Shown in pieces: positions 1 to 10,837 of a stretch of 33,920 nucleotides of DNA. The position numbers and the translations under genes were made by a program. Source of the DNA: Veleropilina oligotropha (lineage: Eukaryota); contig JBEUKZ010000060.1 in assembly GCA_048128005.1 (NCBI GenBank), positions 558,001 through 591,920 of the forward strand. The letters are read 5' to 3'. The notes below the pieces were generated by a model. It saw only the letters and a program-made list of their open reading frames with translations, did not search any database and was not told where the DNA came from. How positions within the stretch are numbered: the stretch's first letter is position 1; the number at the start of each line of letters is the position of its first letter.

Positions 1-1062
1 TTGCTGCATAAGCATGATCATATCCAATTCACCGGCACTGACCTTGACATGACCATTAAATTACCTGTGTAATCGTCAACGACTGCAAAGTTACATCATC
101 CAAGACGTAGTCACTCGGGAGAAACATGGTCATATTGGCCGCAGATGCAGATTTCAACAGTAGGGTCAGTTCCGCATTTCTCATAACAAAATTCCTTATT
201 TTGCTGTAAGGAAATCATCTTTGTTTATATGATTATGTTAGTGCGGAATAATTTAAAAAGTACAGATCTTTACCTAAATTACCTGTACACAAACCTCTAC
301 ATTTGATCTATCAATCATCACAGAGTGGATTCAATTGTCAATTTTACAATTATTGTTGTCCGAACTTTGTTGTTCGATGTAAGTTTTAATATAAGAAATT
401 TGTTTTATTGGTTAAATTATACAAAACAAGTGCTATCGATATAGCGGATCCCCGTGGCAAAGCATATTGTCTATATATGCAAGAAATAAATTTAGTACAA
501 AGTTTGGATGGTATGGAGATTTATTGAAATTGGGCATTAATTCCTATAAAATATATCTTGAGCAGCCCACATGCACTAATTGAATAACTTTGTCCAAACT
601 AGCAAATGTAACACATTATATGTGTTAAATTAATCAAAATTTTGATGTCCGAATACACAAATTTAACACAGTTTTTGTGTTAAATTGAATGCAACATCAC
701 TGCCAGAGCAACATGTAGCATCACAGAGCCAACCCATATGCATTCACTGAAAATAAATTAATCAAAAACTTTAACTAAAATTTCACAGAATATTAAAATT
801 AAATTATAATCAATATAACTGTCAGAATAGCAGGTAACAACTATGAAGCATACACCAATCAGGCAATGCATATGTTTGCAAAAACATGCCTTGATCAATC
901 AATATGCGCTAATTGAAAATCTGTTTACTAAATTTCTATGTCAGCGATTAATTATTTTAAATTTTATTAAATATAACATCCAGGATAGCAGGTAGTGTTA
1001 ATATAGCCAACACTAGAATAGGCGCATTATAAATGTATTAAATAATAATAATAATATGCATT

Positions 1063-2360
1063 AAACAAGAAATTCTGCAGAATTACATGTCTCACCCGTT
1101 CCCACTTCAAATTTGAAAAGTTGACATTTCAATTTATAAAATTAGGAATCAGAAGTACTACCTAACATGCAGTGCTGGTCAAAACAAAGTAATGTAAGAC
1201 CTCCCTCTCTCTCCCACTCTCTCTCCCCGTCTCCCTCTCTCTCTCTCAAATACTGTTGCTGTGGTTGTTAAACATCAGTTCATGATTGTCTCCATAATGC
1301 AGTGGGCGGGGTTGTCTCCCCAAGTAATAACCAATAATCACTTGCAAAAAGGAATATTTTTCAATTCTGTTTTGCATTTCAATATATCTGAGCTGAATTC
1401 ATAACATGTATGCCCTGACCAGTTGAAGAGGATGATATCAGACATTGGATACAGTTTGTTCTTGTAATGGCAATATATACTGCCATCTCAAGATACCCAT
1501 GGAATAAACAAATGGGGAAGCCAATTTTCAAAATCCATCTGATTTTGATAATACCAGTTTCTCAGAAAGACCATTAAGCTTAACAGCTTACTATGCCTAT
1601 TGTATTGGCAGTGAGCAAGTCTTACAGATAAGCATATGTCCCTTTCATCGTACAAACATAATACTTACATAAGTAAATTAACAAAAAAGGAATATATCTC
1701 TGTTACTTTTCTATCCTAATATTTCAAGGCATAATTAAACGTTTCAGAATAACTGCTATAGTGTGTACGTGTAGCGAAAATAAATCATGTAACATCTTCA
1801 TACATTATTTTTTTTTTAGGGGGGGGGGGTGAGCATTAGGGGGGACAAAGCGGAAGGATTAACATATATGTGCCTCCCTCAACTCATGAAGCATCTATTG
1901 TCTAAGTTCAATAGATCTGGAACACATACCTTTTGAGCAACAAAGCTAAATGCAAAAACTTAACTAACTATGATGACCAAGTCACGGTACATACAATATA
2001 AGTTATATATCAAGCATTCGTAGCATTCATAAAAAACAGTGCCCATGAAGCATCTATGGTCATAATTATTTTGATCTAGAACTTATACTTTTTGAAAAAC
2101 AGAGCTAAACGCAAAAACTTAACACAGATTACTATGATGACAAAGTCATGGTACATAAAATCTAGGTTATATATCAAGCATCCGAAGCATTCGGTACACA
2201 ACACTCCCCATAAAGCATATATGGTCCAAGTTATGTTGATCTGTAACATATACTTTTTGAGAAACAGAGCTAAACGCAAAACTTTAACAATTGTTGACAA
2301 CGACGTCGCCGCCGACAGAAAAGCAATATCGATCGTCTCTTTCCCTTCGGGCGAGACAAA
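1063..2360 (+). mobile_element. Non-autonomous Helentron/HINE-like element nested in the previous one
   Basis: 5' AAACAAG plus palindrome AATTCTGCAGAATT (1071-1084). SubTIR TGTCTCACCCG (1088-1098) vs CGGGCGAGACA (2348-2358, 1 mismatch). 3' GTCTC...GAGAC hairpin, GAC/GCC microsatellite at ~2296-2318, and about 2 copies of a ~175-bp core at 1885-2290. Inserted in an A-run. Confidence 0.7.
1200..1247. repeat. Imperfect (CT)n microsatellite
   Basis: Direct reading of the CT-rich tract. Confidence 0.85.
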
Positions 2361-3204
2361 AAGTACCTTACTAAACCTATACGGTATGCAATAATCGAAA
2401 AACTTTAACCTAAAAAATTTCACTAAAATTTATATATAAAAAACACCAATTTCACAAATTGTTTCTATTAAATTTTGTTCAATATCACTGCCAGGCTAGC
2501 GGGTAGCATCAATATAGCCACCAACAAAGCATATGCATGCAAAAAAGTGCAATGAGCAATCTATAAGCACTATTTCAAAAACTTTAACCGAAAACTTTTA
2601 ACTAAATTTCTATGTCCCAAAACACCAATTTCATGCATTATTTATATAAAATTATAATGTAAATCAATGCCAGAATATCAGGTCACATCCATATAACCAT
2701 TACTATAAAGCGTATATAAGCAAAAATGTGCCTTGAGCAATCGATATACACTCAAAGTCAAAGAAAAACTTTAACCAATAACTTTAACCGAAAAATGTCT
2801 ATGTTCAAAGTGCTCTTTTTTCACAAAATAAATAAAACATCTTTTCGTTTTTGGTTCCAACTAAAGCCTAAACATGTCTACTTTCCATCTGAATAGGTTT
2901 GATTGAGTTATTCATCCATTAAATGCATGTAATACCTCATCCAAAAACTTTAACCAAAAGTCTGACCGGAAGGACGGACAGATGGAGGCTATCCCTATAC
3001 CCCCCTTCGACTTTTTCCTTCGGAAGCCGCAGGGGTTAACAAGCCAAACTTGTCTACTGCCAGGGTTGTGCATGGCCACCAGTAGAGGTATAGGCCAGTC
3101 TCACATTCAACTTCTCTCCCAACATTACTCTGAACACTTTCCGAGTCAATAAGATAAAAATTACACTGATTTGCACACTGAAGCTCATCAATTTAATAGA
3201 ACTA

Positions 3205-4825
3205 CAGTGGAACCCGCTTATTTGCATAGCGAGATTGTCGAGATTATTTATGCGATTATCCGGATTATGCGTTTAACCGTTTTAACCAAATCGGTAAATT
3301 TCGGAAATTATTTTTCGCCGGAAATCATCACCGATAATTACTTGTATTTAAAATAGTTCTTTATTATAAATATGTTCTGGTAATAAATTTATTTATAAAT
3401 CATACTAAATGTATTTTTGTATACACAATATTTTGTGGTTATTCTGACCTGAAGGTGATTAGCCTGTTTCAGTAGAATTGATATAGGTTTCGAAAGCGTA
3501 TCGTCGCATTTCATACATTACTATGGTGTGGAAATTCATTTTCAGAACGTTTCTCTTCTGCTGAACACATGTCGCGTTATTGGCCGCCATGTTGAAAAAT
3601 TATCCTATGTTTTAATCTCCAATCGATTTTTGCTTACAGTTATTGAATAGTTATTTCTGGCGAGATTTAATTAATACAGTATATTATGATATGATATAAA
3701 AAACATTATAAGACGTTGTCTTCACATAAAATTAAAATAATAATTAAATCACCATAGTTCGAAAGCGGCAACGACGAGGCTACGTATTCTCAAAAACTAA
3801 ATCAGGGGAGATAATACTTCTCATTTTGTAGGATCAGTCGTGTTAATTGTTACAAATGTTGTTGTTGTCTTAGATTTATGTAATTTATCAGCGAACTAAG
3901 TGCTGTTCATGTGAATAGATGTAACGACACCGTTTACTTTGATTCATAAGCCTAATCTTCGATTTTGCGTTCAGATAAACTCAACAGTCTGTCATTTGGA
4001 TTCGGGACAATACATTTGTAATCCCCTTTTATCCGTTTATCGTGTCACGGTGTGTGACTTCGCAACTTCAAAAATCAGACAAAGGCGATCGTTTATAGAC
4101 CTAATTAAGCAAAACACAAATATCCCTTTTGATGCCGACACAACGCTGGGCCTTCTTCACTTTATCGATCGATAATTTCCCCGACTGACATCGCTCATTT
4201 CCGTAGCATTTCTGCACTGAACAGGGGAGCGTTGTATATGGACAGCGCTGGACAGCGGTTACGTAATCAAAAGATCGGCAATGATCGCCGCTCTCAGCAG
4301 TTGGCAGGAAAAACTACCAAATAATTTATATCAAAACTATTTTTTATAAATCATTGACTTGTTTTATATAAACCATTGACTATTGACTATCTTTTGATTA
4401 CGTAACCGCTGTCCAGCGCTGTCGATATACAACGCGCCCCAGCTGAAACGAAGTTTACCGAACTTTCAGTTCCGACTTTTTCCGGAAGTAAAATTATTTA
4501 AGAACCCATGCGTTGCAGAAATGGTTTAAACTTCGAATGTTACTGTTGAATAAACATCTTTATGATGGCGTAGCAAGACATACCGGCAAATACACAAGCA
4601 TTTTGATCAATTTAGCGATTTTATTATCAATTATGTATTGTTTTGTTACTTATTCGGTCGAAAATTTCTTATGCAAATAAGCGGGAATCGAATAATTATT
4701 CAAGCGATTAACCGAATATTTGCATATGATAATAATAGTAAAATACTCTGTTCCCAGAGATTATATGCAAATAACTGGATTATGCAATTATGCGATATGC
4801 AATTAAGTGGGTTCCACGTGCACTG
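3205..4825. mobile_element. Non-autonomous Tc1/mariner (pogo/Tigger-like) TIR element
   Basis: TA|CAGTGGAACCCGCTTATTTGCATA at the left end. TATGCAATTAAGTGGGTTC(CACGTG)CACTG|TA at the right end. TA target duplication; no transposase ORF. Confidence 0.8.
4225..4439. mobile_element. PIF/Harbinger-like MITE nested in the pogo-like element
   Basis: ~50-bp TIRs GGGAGCGTTGTATATGGACAGCGCTGGACAGCGGTTACGTAATCAAAAGAT with 2 mismatches; flanked by CAG...CAG (CWG-type TSD). Confidence 0.75.
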
Positions 4826-4860
4826 TATTAATAAATATATAAATTATAAGAGCAGCTTAC

Positions 4861-5008
4861 CTCAATTGTGGAACGCCTTCTATTGCATCAAAAAGAGTAA
4901 AGTCATCAAAGAATAACACGTTGCTGATCAAATGCACAATTCCGTTGGTGCATCCTAAATCCCAGATTTCCAGCTTAGCGCGTATCCCTCCACCCTCCAC
5001 ATACACAT
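4861..5008 (-). CDS. FAS1-domain protein, exon 8 of 8 seen (H2 motif of third FAS1, start of the next domain)
   Basis: AG acceptor 5009-5010, GTAAG donor at 4860; 148 nt, phase 1 to 2; (D)VYVEGGGIRAKLEIWDLGCTNGIVHLISNVLF contains the FAS1 H2 motif. Confidence 0.9.
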
Positions 5009-5032
5009 CTGGAACACACAGGTATGAATAAT

Positions 5033-6647
5033 AAACTACAAAAACTATGTTCCCCGGAACATGGGTATGCCCCGGCAGCATCAATATATTAACTACCAAA
5101 GTATGTGTATACAAAAAGCGTCTTGATCACCCATATGAACTCCTTGAAAATATTTTAACTGAAAACTTTAACAAAGTTTCTATGTCTAAAATACCAATTT
5201 TATGCAATAATTAAATTAAATTTTAGTCACTATCACTGCCATGTGACATCCATATAATAATACCAAAGCATATAAATATATTCCAAATAGAGCCGTCTGC
5301 AGCCCATACACATAAACAGGAAAATTTTAACTAGAGTTTCTATGTTAAAAAACACAAATTTATTTGCAATTATTATAACGAATTCAATTTTATTAAATAT
5401 CACTACCAGAGTCCCAGGTAACATCCATATAATCAATACCAAAGCATACATATGCCGAAAAGACCCTTCATACAAACTTTAACTGAAAATTATAATAAGA
5501 ATTTCTATGTTAAAAATCACCAATTTATTTGCAATAATTAACTCAATTTTATCAAATATCACTGCCAAAGTCTCAGGTAACATTCATATAATCAATACCA
5601 AAGCATATAATATATGCCGAAGAGTCCATTAAGCAAGCCATATATGCTCAATGAAAAACTTCAACCGTAAATTCTAATCAGAATTTCTATGTTCAAAAAC
5701 ACCAATTTATTTGCATAAATTAAATTAAATTTTATTCAATATCACTGTCAGACTATCAGGTAACATCCATATAATCAATATCAAATCATATATATGCCAA
5801 AAAGTCCCTTGAGCAAGCCATATACACTTAATGAAAAACTTTAACCGAAAATTTGAATCAGAATTTCTATGTTCAAAAACACCAATTTATTTGCATAAAT
5901 TAAATTAAATTTTACACAATATCACTGTCAGACTATCAGGTAACATCCATATAATCAATATCAAATCATATATATGCCAAAAAGTCCCTTGAGCAAGCCA
6001 TATACACTTAATGAAAAACTTTAACCGAACATTTGAATCAGAATTTCTATGTTCAAAAACACCAATTTATTTGCATAAATTAAATTAAATATTATTCAAT
6101 ACCACTGCCAGCGAATCAGGTAACATTCATATAATCAATACCAAAGCATATATATGCCAAAAAGTCCCTTGAGCAAGCCATATACACTCGATGAAAAACT
6201 TTAACCGAAAATTCTAATAACAATTTCTATGTTCAAAAACACCAATTTATTTGCATAAATTAAATTAGATTTTATTCAATATCACTGCCAGAGTATCAGG
6301 TAACATCCAAATAATTAATATCATATCATATATATGCCAAAAAGTCCCTTGAGCAAGTCAAATCCACTCAATGAAAAACTTGAACCGGAAATTTTACCAG
6401 AATTTCTATGTTCAAAAACACCAATTTATTTGCAATAATTAAATTAAATTTTATTCAATATCACTGCCAGAGTATCAGGTAACGTCCATATAATCAATAC
6501 CAAAGCTTATATATGCCAAAAAGTCCCTTAAGCAAGCCATATACGATCAATGAAAACTTTAACCAAAACTGCGGACATACATACGTGCGTACCTACAGAC
6601 AGAGTGAAAGCAATATGCCCCTCCGGACAATCTTCCCGGGGCATAAT
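5033..6647 (+). mobile_element. Helentron/HINE-like element carrying a 180-bp satellite array
   Basis: 5' hairpin ATGTTCC..GGAACAT and subTIR TATGCCCCGG (5066-5075). Exact inverse CCGGGGCATA (6636-6645), which also pairs with TATGCCCC (6614-6621). ACAT/ACGT/ACAG microsatellite just before the 3' end. Confidence 0.8.
5140..6565. repeat. ~180-bp tandem array, about 8 units, most homogeneous in the 3' part
   Basis: ACCAATTTATTTGCATAAAT recurs at 5701, 5881, 6061 and 6241 (exact 180 spacing). Confidence 0.95.
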
Positions 6648-7124
6648 ATGCAAACTCTCTTTTTAGACGATCAATATAGTTAACAGAAATGAATGGTACT
6701 AAATGTAGTGATTCTCCACCACATTATTGACTATTTTTATGTCTCAATACACTCAAACTTTATCTACACGATTATGTAGTTATTTGAACTGCACAGTGAG
6801 AATTATATTATTTCTCTGGAGAAAACATATTGAGATTTAATCAGTTATCTGTATTTAACATGTTTACAGATAAAGGAAAATTGGTTTATTTTTCTTCAGA
6901 CAAATAAAAAAACCCACTAAATGACATAAATACAAGATTTTCAAAGAAGATTAAAACTACACGTTATATAGAAAACACCTTTTGTCATATTGAATTGCAG
7001 GGAAATGTAAATACCATTCAATGTAGATCAACTTAAAAGCAATTGCTTAAATGAACAATGCCATTTATCCCAGGCTTAGCATCCATATCAAACCACTTGT
7101 CAGGCAAAGTATAGGTCTATTTAC

Positions 7125-7239
7125 CTCCGTCGGCGTGTACAATGGTCAGTGTTCTGTTATTCATAGCTAGTAACGGTACTCCAGGTGTTAAGTCTGACAG
7201 TCCAAGCTTGGAGCCTTCCACGATATGTCCACTTAAAAT
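7125..7239 (-). CDS. FAS1-domain protein, exon 7
   Basis: AG/GTAAAT boundaries; 115 nt, phase 0 to 1; ILSGHIVEGSKLGLSDLTPGVPLLAMNNRTLTIVHADG (YH-like motif). Final G joins AT of exon 8. Confidence 0.9.
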
Positions 7240-7770
7240 CTACACACAGAATCAATGGATATTTATTAGTAATAACGATCATAAACATGTACTAGGGCCT
7301 GACAGTACGTCGTTGCCTCTGCATTTCATCATCGCTTGCTTTATCATTCTACAATAGCGAACACACATACACACAAAAATGTGCATGCACAATAGCAGAA
7401 TATTCTTCGTGATAATGTATAATGTTTGTATGTTCCATGTACTGAAGTATGTGTTGGTATCAGTTCTCATTGTACCGTGTAAAAGTCTGTTCTCGCTAGA
7501 TTTTTCTGTCAAAATTACATTCAATTTGGTTACTTATATTTGGCATCATTTATATTTAATATGATTACTTGTTCTGTTTATAATGGCAAATCTACAATAT
7601 ATGTCCTGTTATTAATGCATATAAATCATTTTCAAAAACATATACAGAATATTAATCCTTCACATTCGGAATGCCACGATGCAAAGAGTAACAGGGTTTA
7701 TGGTGAAATATGTCATCTTAGAAGCAAAACTTGATAGAAATTGCCATGGTGCATACAACATCATGTTTAC

Positions 7771-7927
7771 CTGTTCAAATAGGGTACCTTGCAGGCGAAA
7801 CTGTTGCGTAAGAGGTAGTTTTCCAATAGCTTTATCCATGGGAACGAATATCGTGAACGCAGCAGTAGGATCTTGGAGGCGAGTCTTCCAGGTTTCTGGC
7901 AATAGTGACATTGTGCCCTTGAACACC
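7771..7927 (-). CDS. FAS1-domain protein, exon 6
   Basis: AG/GTAAAC boundaries; 157 nt, phase 2 to 0; contains the FAS1 H1 motif FTIFVPMDKAI. Confidence 0.92.
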
Positions 7928-8141
7928 CTGAATAGAAATTAAATGGTCACTGATGAATGTGCCATCATACAAGCTGGTGAACAATTCAACATTTCTATAT
8001 GTATTCATACTGCTGTTGTAATGTATATGTCACAACCAAATATATTTTATATATATATCTATAATAATATGTGAGGATCAAAATGTTGAAACCAACTGTT
8101 TAAAAAAGGCGAATGCCGAGAATGTCAGTGGTGTATACGTG

Positions 8142-8705
8142 GTGTTATCGAATTGTTCAGTAGCATGGTGAATGTTGATCTGAACACAGTGTTATCGAAT
8201 TGTTCAGTAGCATGGTGAATGTTGATCAGAATACAGTGTTATCGAATTGTTCAGTAGCATGGTGAATGTTGATCTGAATACAGTGTTATTGAATTGTTCA
8301 GTAGCATGGTGAATGTTGATCTGAATACAGTGTTATCGAATTGTTCAGTAGCATGGTGAATGTTGGTCTGAATACAGTGTTATCGAATTGTTCAGTAGCA
8401 TGGTGAATGTTGATCTGAATACAGTGTTATCGAATTGTTCAGTAGTGTGGTGAATGTTGATCTGAATACAGTGTTATCGAATTGTTCAGTAGCATGGTGA
8501 ATGTTGATCTGAATACAGTGTTATTGAATTGTTCAGCAGCATGGTGAATGTTGATCTGAATACAGTGTTATCGAATTGTTCAGTAGCATGGTGACTGTTG
8601 ATCTGAATACAGTGTTATCGAATTGTTCAGTAGCATGGTGAATGTTGATCTGAATACAGTGTTATCGAATTGTTCAGTAGCATGGTGAATGTTGATCTGA
8701 ATACA
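8142..8705. repeat. 47-bp minisatellite, 12 copies, intronic
   Basis: Unit GTGTTATCGAATTGTTCAGTAGCATGGTGAATGTTGATCTGAATACA; 12 x 47 = 564 bp, substitutions only. Confidence 0.97.
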
Positions 8706-9049
8706 GTATCTTCCAGAAAGTAATTAAACTCTGATATTGGGAATACATAATGATTAGCAATGTATGAGCTAAGATACACTAATGATTGCAATACCGCAGC
8801 ACAACATGTATTAGACGAGATGGAGAGTTATATTCAATGTGGTATTAAAGTAGTTGAATAGCCATATATACATTACACATGTTATGTTCCACAGGTAAAA
8901 TAATAATGTAGTTAATGTTGACGTGGTTGACTAAAGGTGTTTGTTAGAAAGTGATGGAATCCGAATTTTGCTGATGCTATGATTTGTAATGATGATGCAA
9001 GATTTTATATAACATATTCCATGGACAGACATGTGAGCCATTGACTCAC

Positions 9050-9194
9050 CTTACACTAGGAGTAGCCTGTATTTTCTGCATGATATTTTCATATTGGAAA
9101 TATAAGAGATTGTCAATCACATGAAGAACGCCATTAGTCACCGGAATGTTCCGCTGGATGATCCTCGCTCGTACTTTGTTATTTGAAACGTAAA
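9050..9194 (-). CDS. FAS1-domain protein, exon 5
   Basis: AG/GTGAGT boundaries; 145 nt, phase 1 to 2; YVSNNKVRARIIQRNIPVTNGVLHVIDNLLYF (H2 motif). Confidence 0.93.
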
Positions 9195-9235
9195 CTGAAA
9201 AAGTATACATGAAGAGTATACAAATGTGTAATATT

Positions 9236-9462
9236 ATGCTGCCAGCAAATGTGAATGTGCTAAGAATGTCAATTAAACTAAATGGTTACTTCTTGACATT
9301 GCGTAAATGGTTCAAAATAGTTGTGAATTTCACCACGAAGGGTATGTAATGGTACAAACATGATGTCAGCAAATGTGGATATGTTAAAATTGTAAATTAA
9401 ACTACATATTTACTCTATGACATTGTGTAAGAGGTTTAAAATAGTTATGTATTTACTACACT
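9236..9462. repeat. Diverged two-copy tandem duplication (~125 bp)
   Basis: CAGCAAATGTG...AATTAAACTA...TGACATTG...AAAATAGTT occurs twice in the same order. Confidence 0.6.
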
Positions 9463-9499
9463 ATTAGGGTTTGTCGGATCGATGTTCATTACATAATAT

Positions 9500-9611
9500 T
9501 TCTCCACAGAGCATATGGTAGATTGAGATATTACTTCACAGTGGATAGGGCAGATTGGAATATTTTACTCCACAGAGTTTACAGAAGGTTGTTATCTTAC
9601 TCCACAAAAAT
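9500..9611. repeat. Degenerate ~32-bp minisatellite, left part (split by the DIRS insertion)
   Basis: Units TACTCCACAGAG...GATTGAGATAT; the array continues at 17072-17152. Confidence 0.75.
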
Positions 9612-9642
9612 GAGGTTTTAATGTAAACCTAATATTAGTATA

Positions 9643-9850
9643 AAACATACTTACGTCCTTACTCTTGCCATAATAGTATATTATCGCCCAAACCGGAAAT
9701 GGTGAATATGTCCCATAATGCACCGTTAATAAGCCAAAAAAGCACACGGTTACCTCCCCTGCTCCTATCCCATCACGTTCCTTAGTGAGACTTCGCCAAG
9801 TCTCGCGAGACTTCTGAACAATAGAAGTCCTAAGACCTCAATTCAAAGTT
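9643..9850 (-). repeat. DIRS 3' inverted terminal repeat (208 bp), with unique extension 9610-9642
   Basis: Exact reverse complement of 16852-17059 by base-by-base comparison. Confidence 0.97.
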
Positions 9851-9910
9851 CAAAAACCCCAAAGGAACGTAGTAGAGGGGAGGAATGCGAAACGCAGGGT
9901 GGGTAATCGT

Positions 9911-10001
9911 GTAAGGACGTAAGTATGTTTTATACTAATATTAGGTTTACATTAAAACCTCATATATAGTTACAAACATACTTACGTCCTTACTCTTGCC
10001 A
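9911..10001. repeat. DIRS internal complementary region (ICR)
   Basis: 9911-9963 is the reverse complement of 9610-9662; 9962-10001 is the reverse complement of 17032-17071; the halves overlap on AT (9962-9963). Confidence 0.97.
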
Positions 10002-10645
10002 GAATAACCTTGGATAGGTGGGTAAGACGTTCCTTACAACAAACCCAAACAAGATAATGACTTACTTTTCACCAATTCGATCAGCATGAAGCGTCGAGTG
10101 TGTCCGCCTAGAGTGGAATTTTTACTGAGTATTATATTCTACTCTTACCAGGCGAGAATTTCGACCAGTGTTACCGGGAGAATACGCCGTGGTGTTAGTC
10201 GGACGAGGTGAACGGAAGTGCAATCAGCCCCTGGCACGGCCGGAAGGATAAATCCCTGTAGGTCTTACGTGTCATGGACCAGTGGCAGCCAAATGGGACT
10301 CCGGGCCTATAGGCCGGTAGCCAGAGGATGCAGTCGGATTTGTAAGCACACGGAACCTAACAGGTTGTGAAAGCTTTAAAATCAAAAGCAAAGAATTAAT
10401 AGATTATTATAATAATCGATATTAATAAGTAGTTCGCATGACCAACTTGCGAACGCTAACATGGACGACATGTCACTTAAAATAAATTTTAAGGAAGCAA
10501 AAATGTTCGACATGTTACTTAAAAATAAATGTTAAGGAATCAACATTTTAAAATGTATTGAACATCGTATGTTCGATTACAGCGAAGAACATAATAATAT
10601 TGAACCCTAATCTTTTTAAGATTTGTGCAAAATTATCAAAGTTGT

Positions 10646-10651
10646 TTTATT
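10646..10651 (-). promoter_or_regulatory. Candidate polyadenylation signal AATAAA downstream of the YR stop
   Basis: TTTATT on the + strand about 190 nt after the YR stop. The context is AT-rich, so it may be chance. Confidence 0.3.
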
Positions 10652-10837
10652 AAATTCAATGTGATCTGGCTTATGTCAACACTCAGGTCTGACATGAGAA
10701 GTACAAAATCTTAAATTAGATTTAAGAAATGAACAGACATTGAACTGCCCCATAGGTGTTAATTACATAGCACCGTTTGGCCAACAAAAATAAAATGGCG
10801 TCAGTAAATATGCAAATGATCAATCAGAGAACAATAC

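Larger units (their letters stand above)
424..3039 (+). mobile_element. Non-autonomous Helentron/HINE-like element with degenerate ~180-bp core repeats, interrupted by a second HINE
   Basis: 5' AAACAAG plus hairpin GCTATCGATATAGC (432-445) and subTIR-like ATCCCCGTGGC (448-458). 3' GGAC-type microsatellite (~2968-2985), then imperfect inverse GCCGCAGGGGTT (3026-3037). Internal AAAACTTTAAC-anchored repeats at ~520-1040 and ~2400-2960. Confidence 0.6.

Noticed and set aside
1..215. Possible 3' end of another Helentron-like element (TGACCTTGAC core, terminal hairpin)
   Set aside because: The 5' end is outside the window, so it cannot be supported beyond motif resemblance.
2076..2423. Overlapping 100-115 aa ORFs
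   Set aside because: They lie in HINE core repeats; the peptides are repetitive with no domain.
1..4850. Further downstream FAS1 exons (e.g. a 25-nt AG..GTGAG candidate near 3105-3129)
   Set aside because: No polypyrimidine tract and no FAS1 motif; the next exon is probably outside the window.
8142..8705. CRISPR-like appearance of regular repeats (also 19200-19890)
   Set aside because: Head-to-tail units with no unique spacers, no cas genes, and a eukaryotic intron context.
10050..10090. Hammerhead-like CUGAUCGA...GAAA on the minus strand
   Set aside because: The core is non-canonical, stem I is absent, and the cleavage triplet would end in G.
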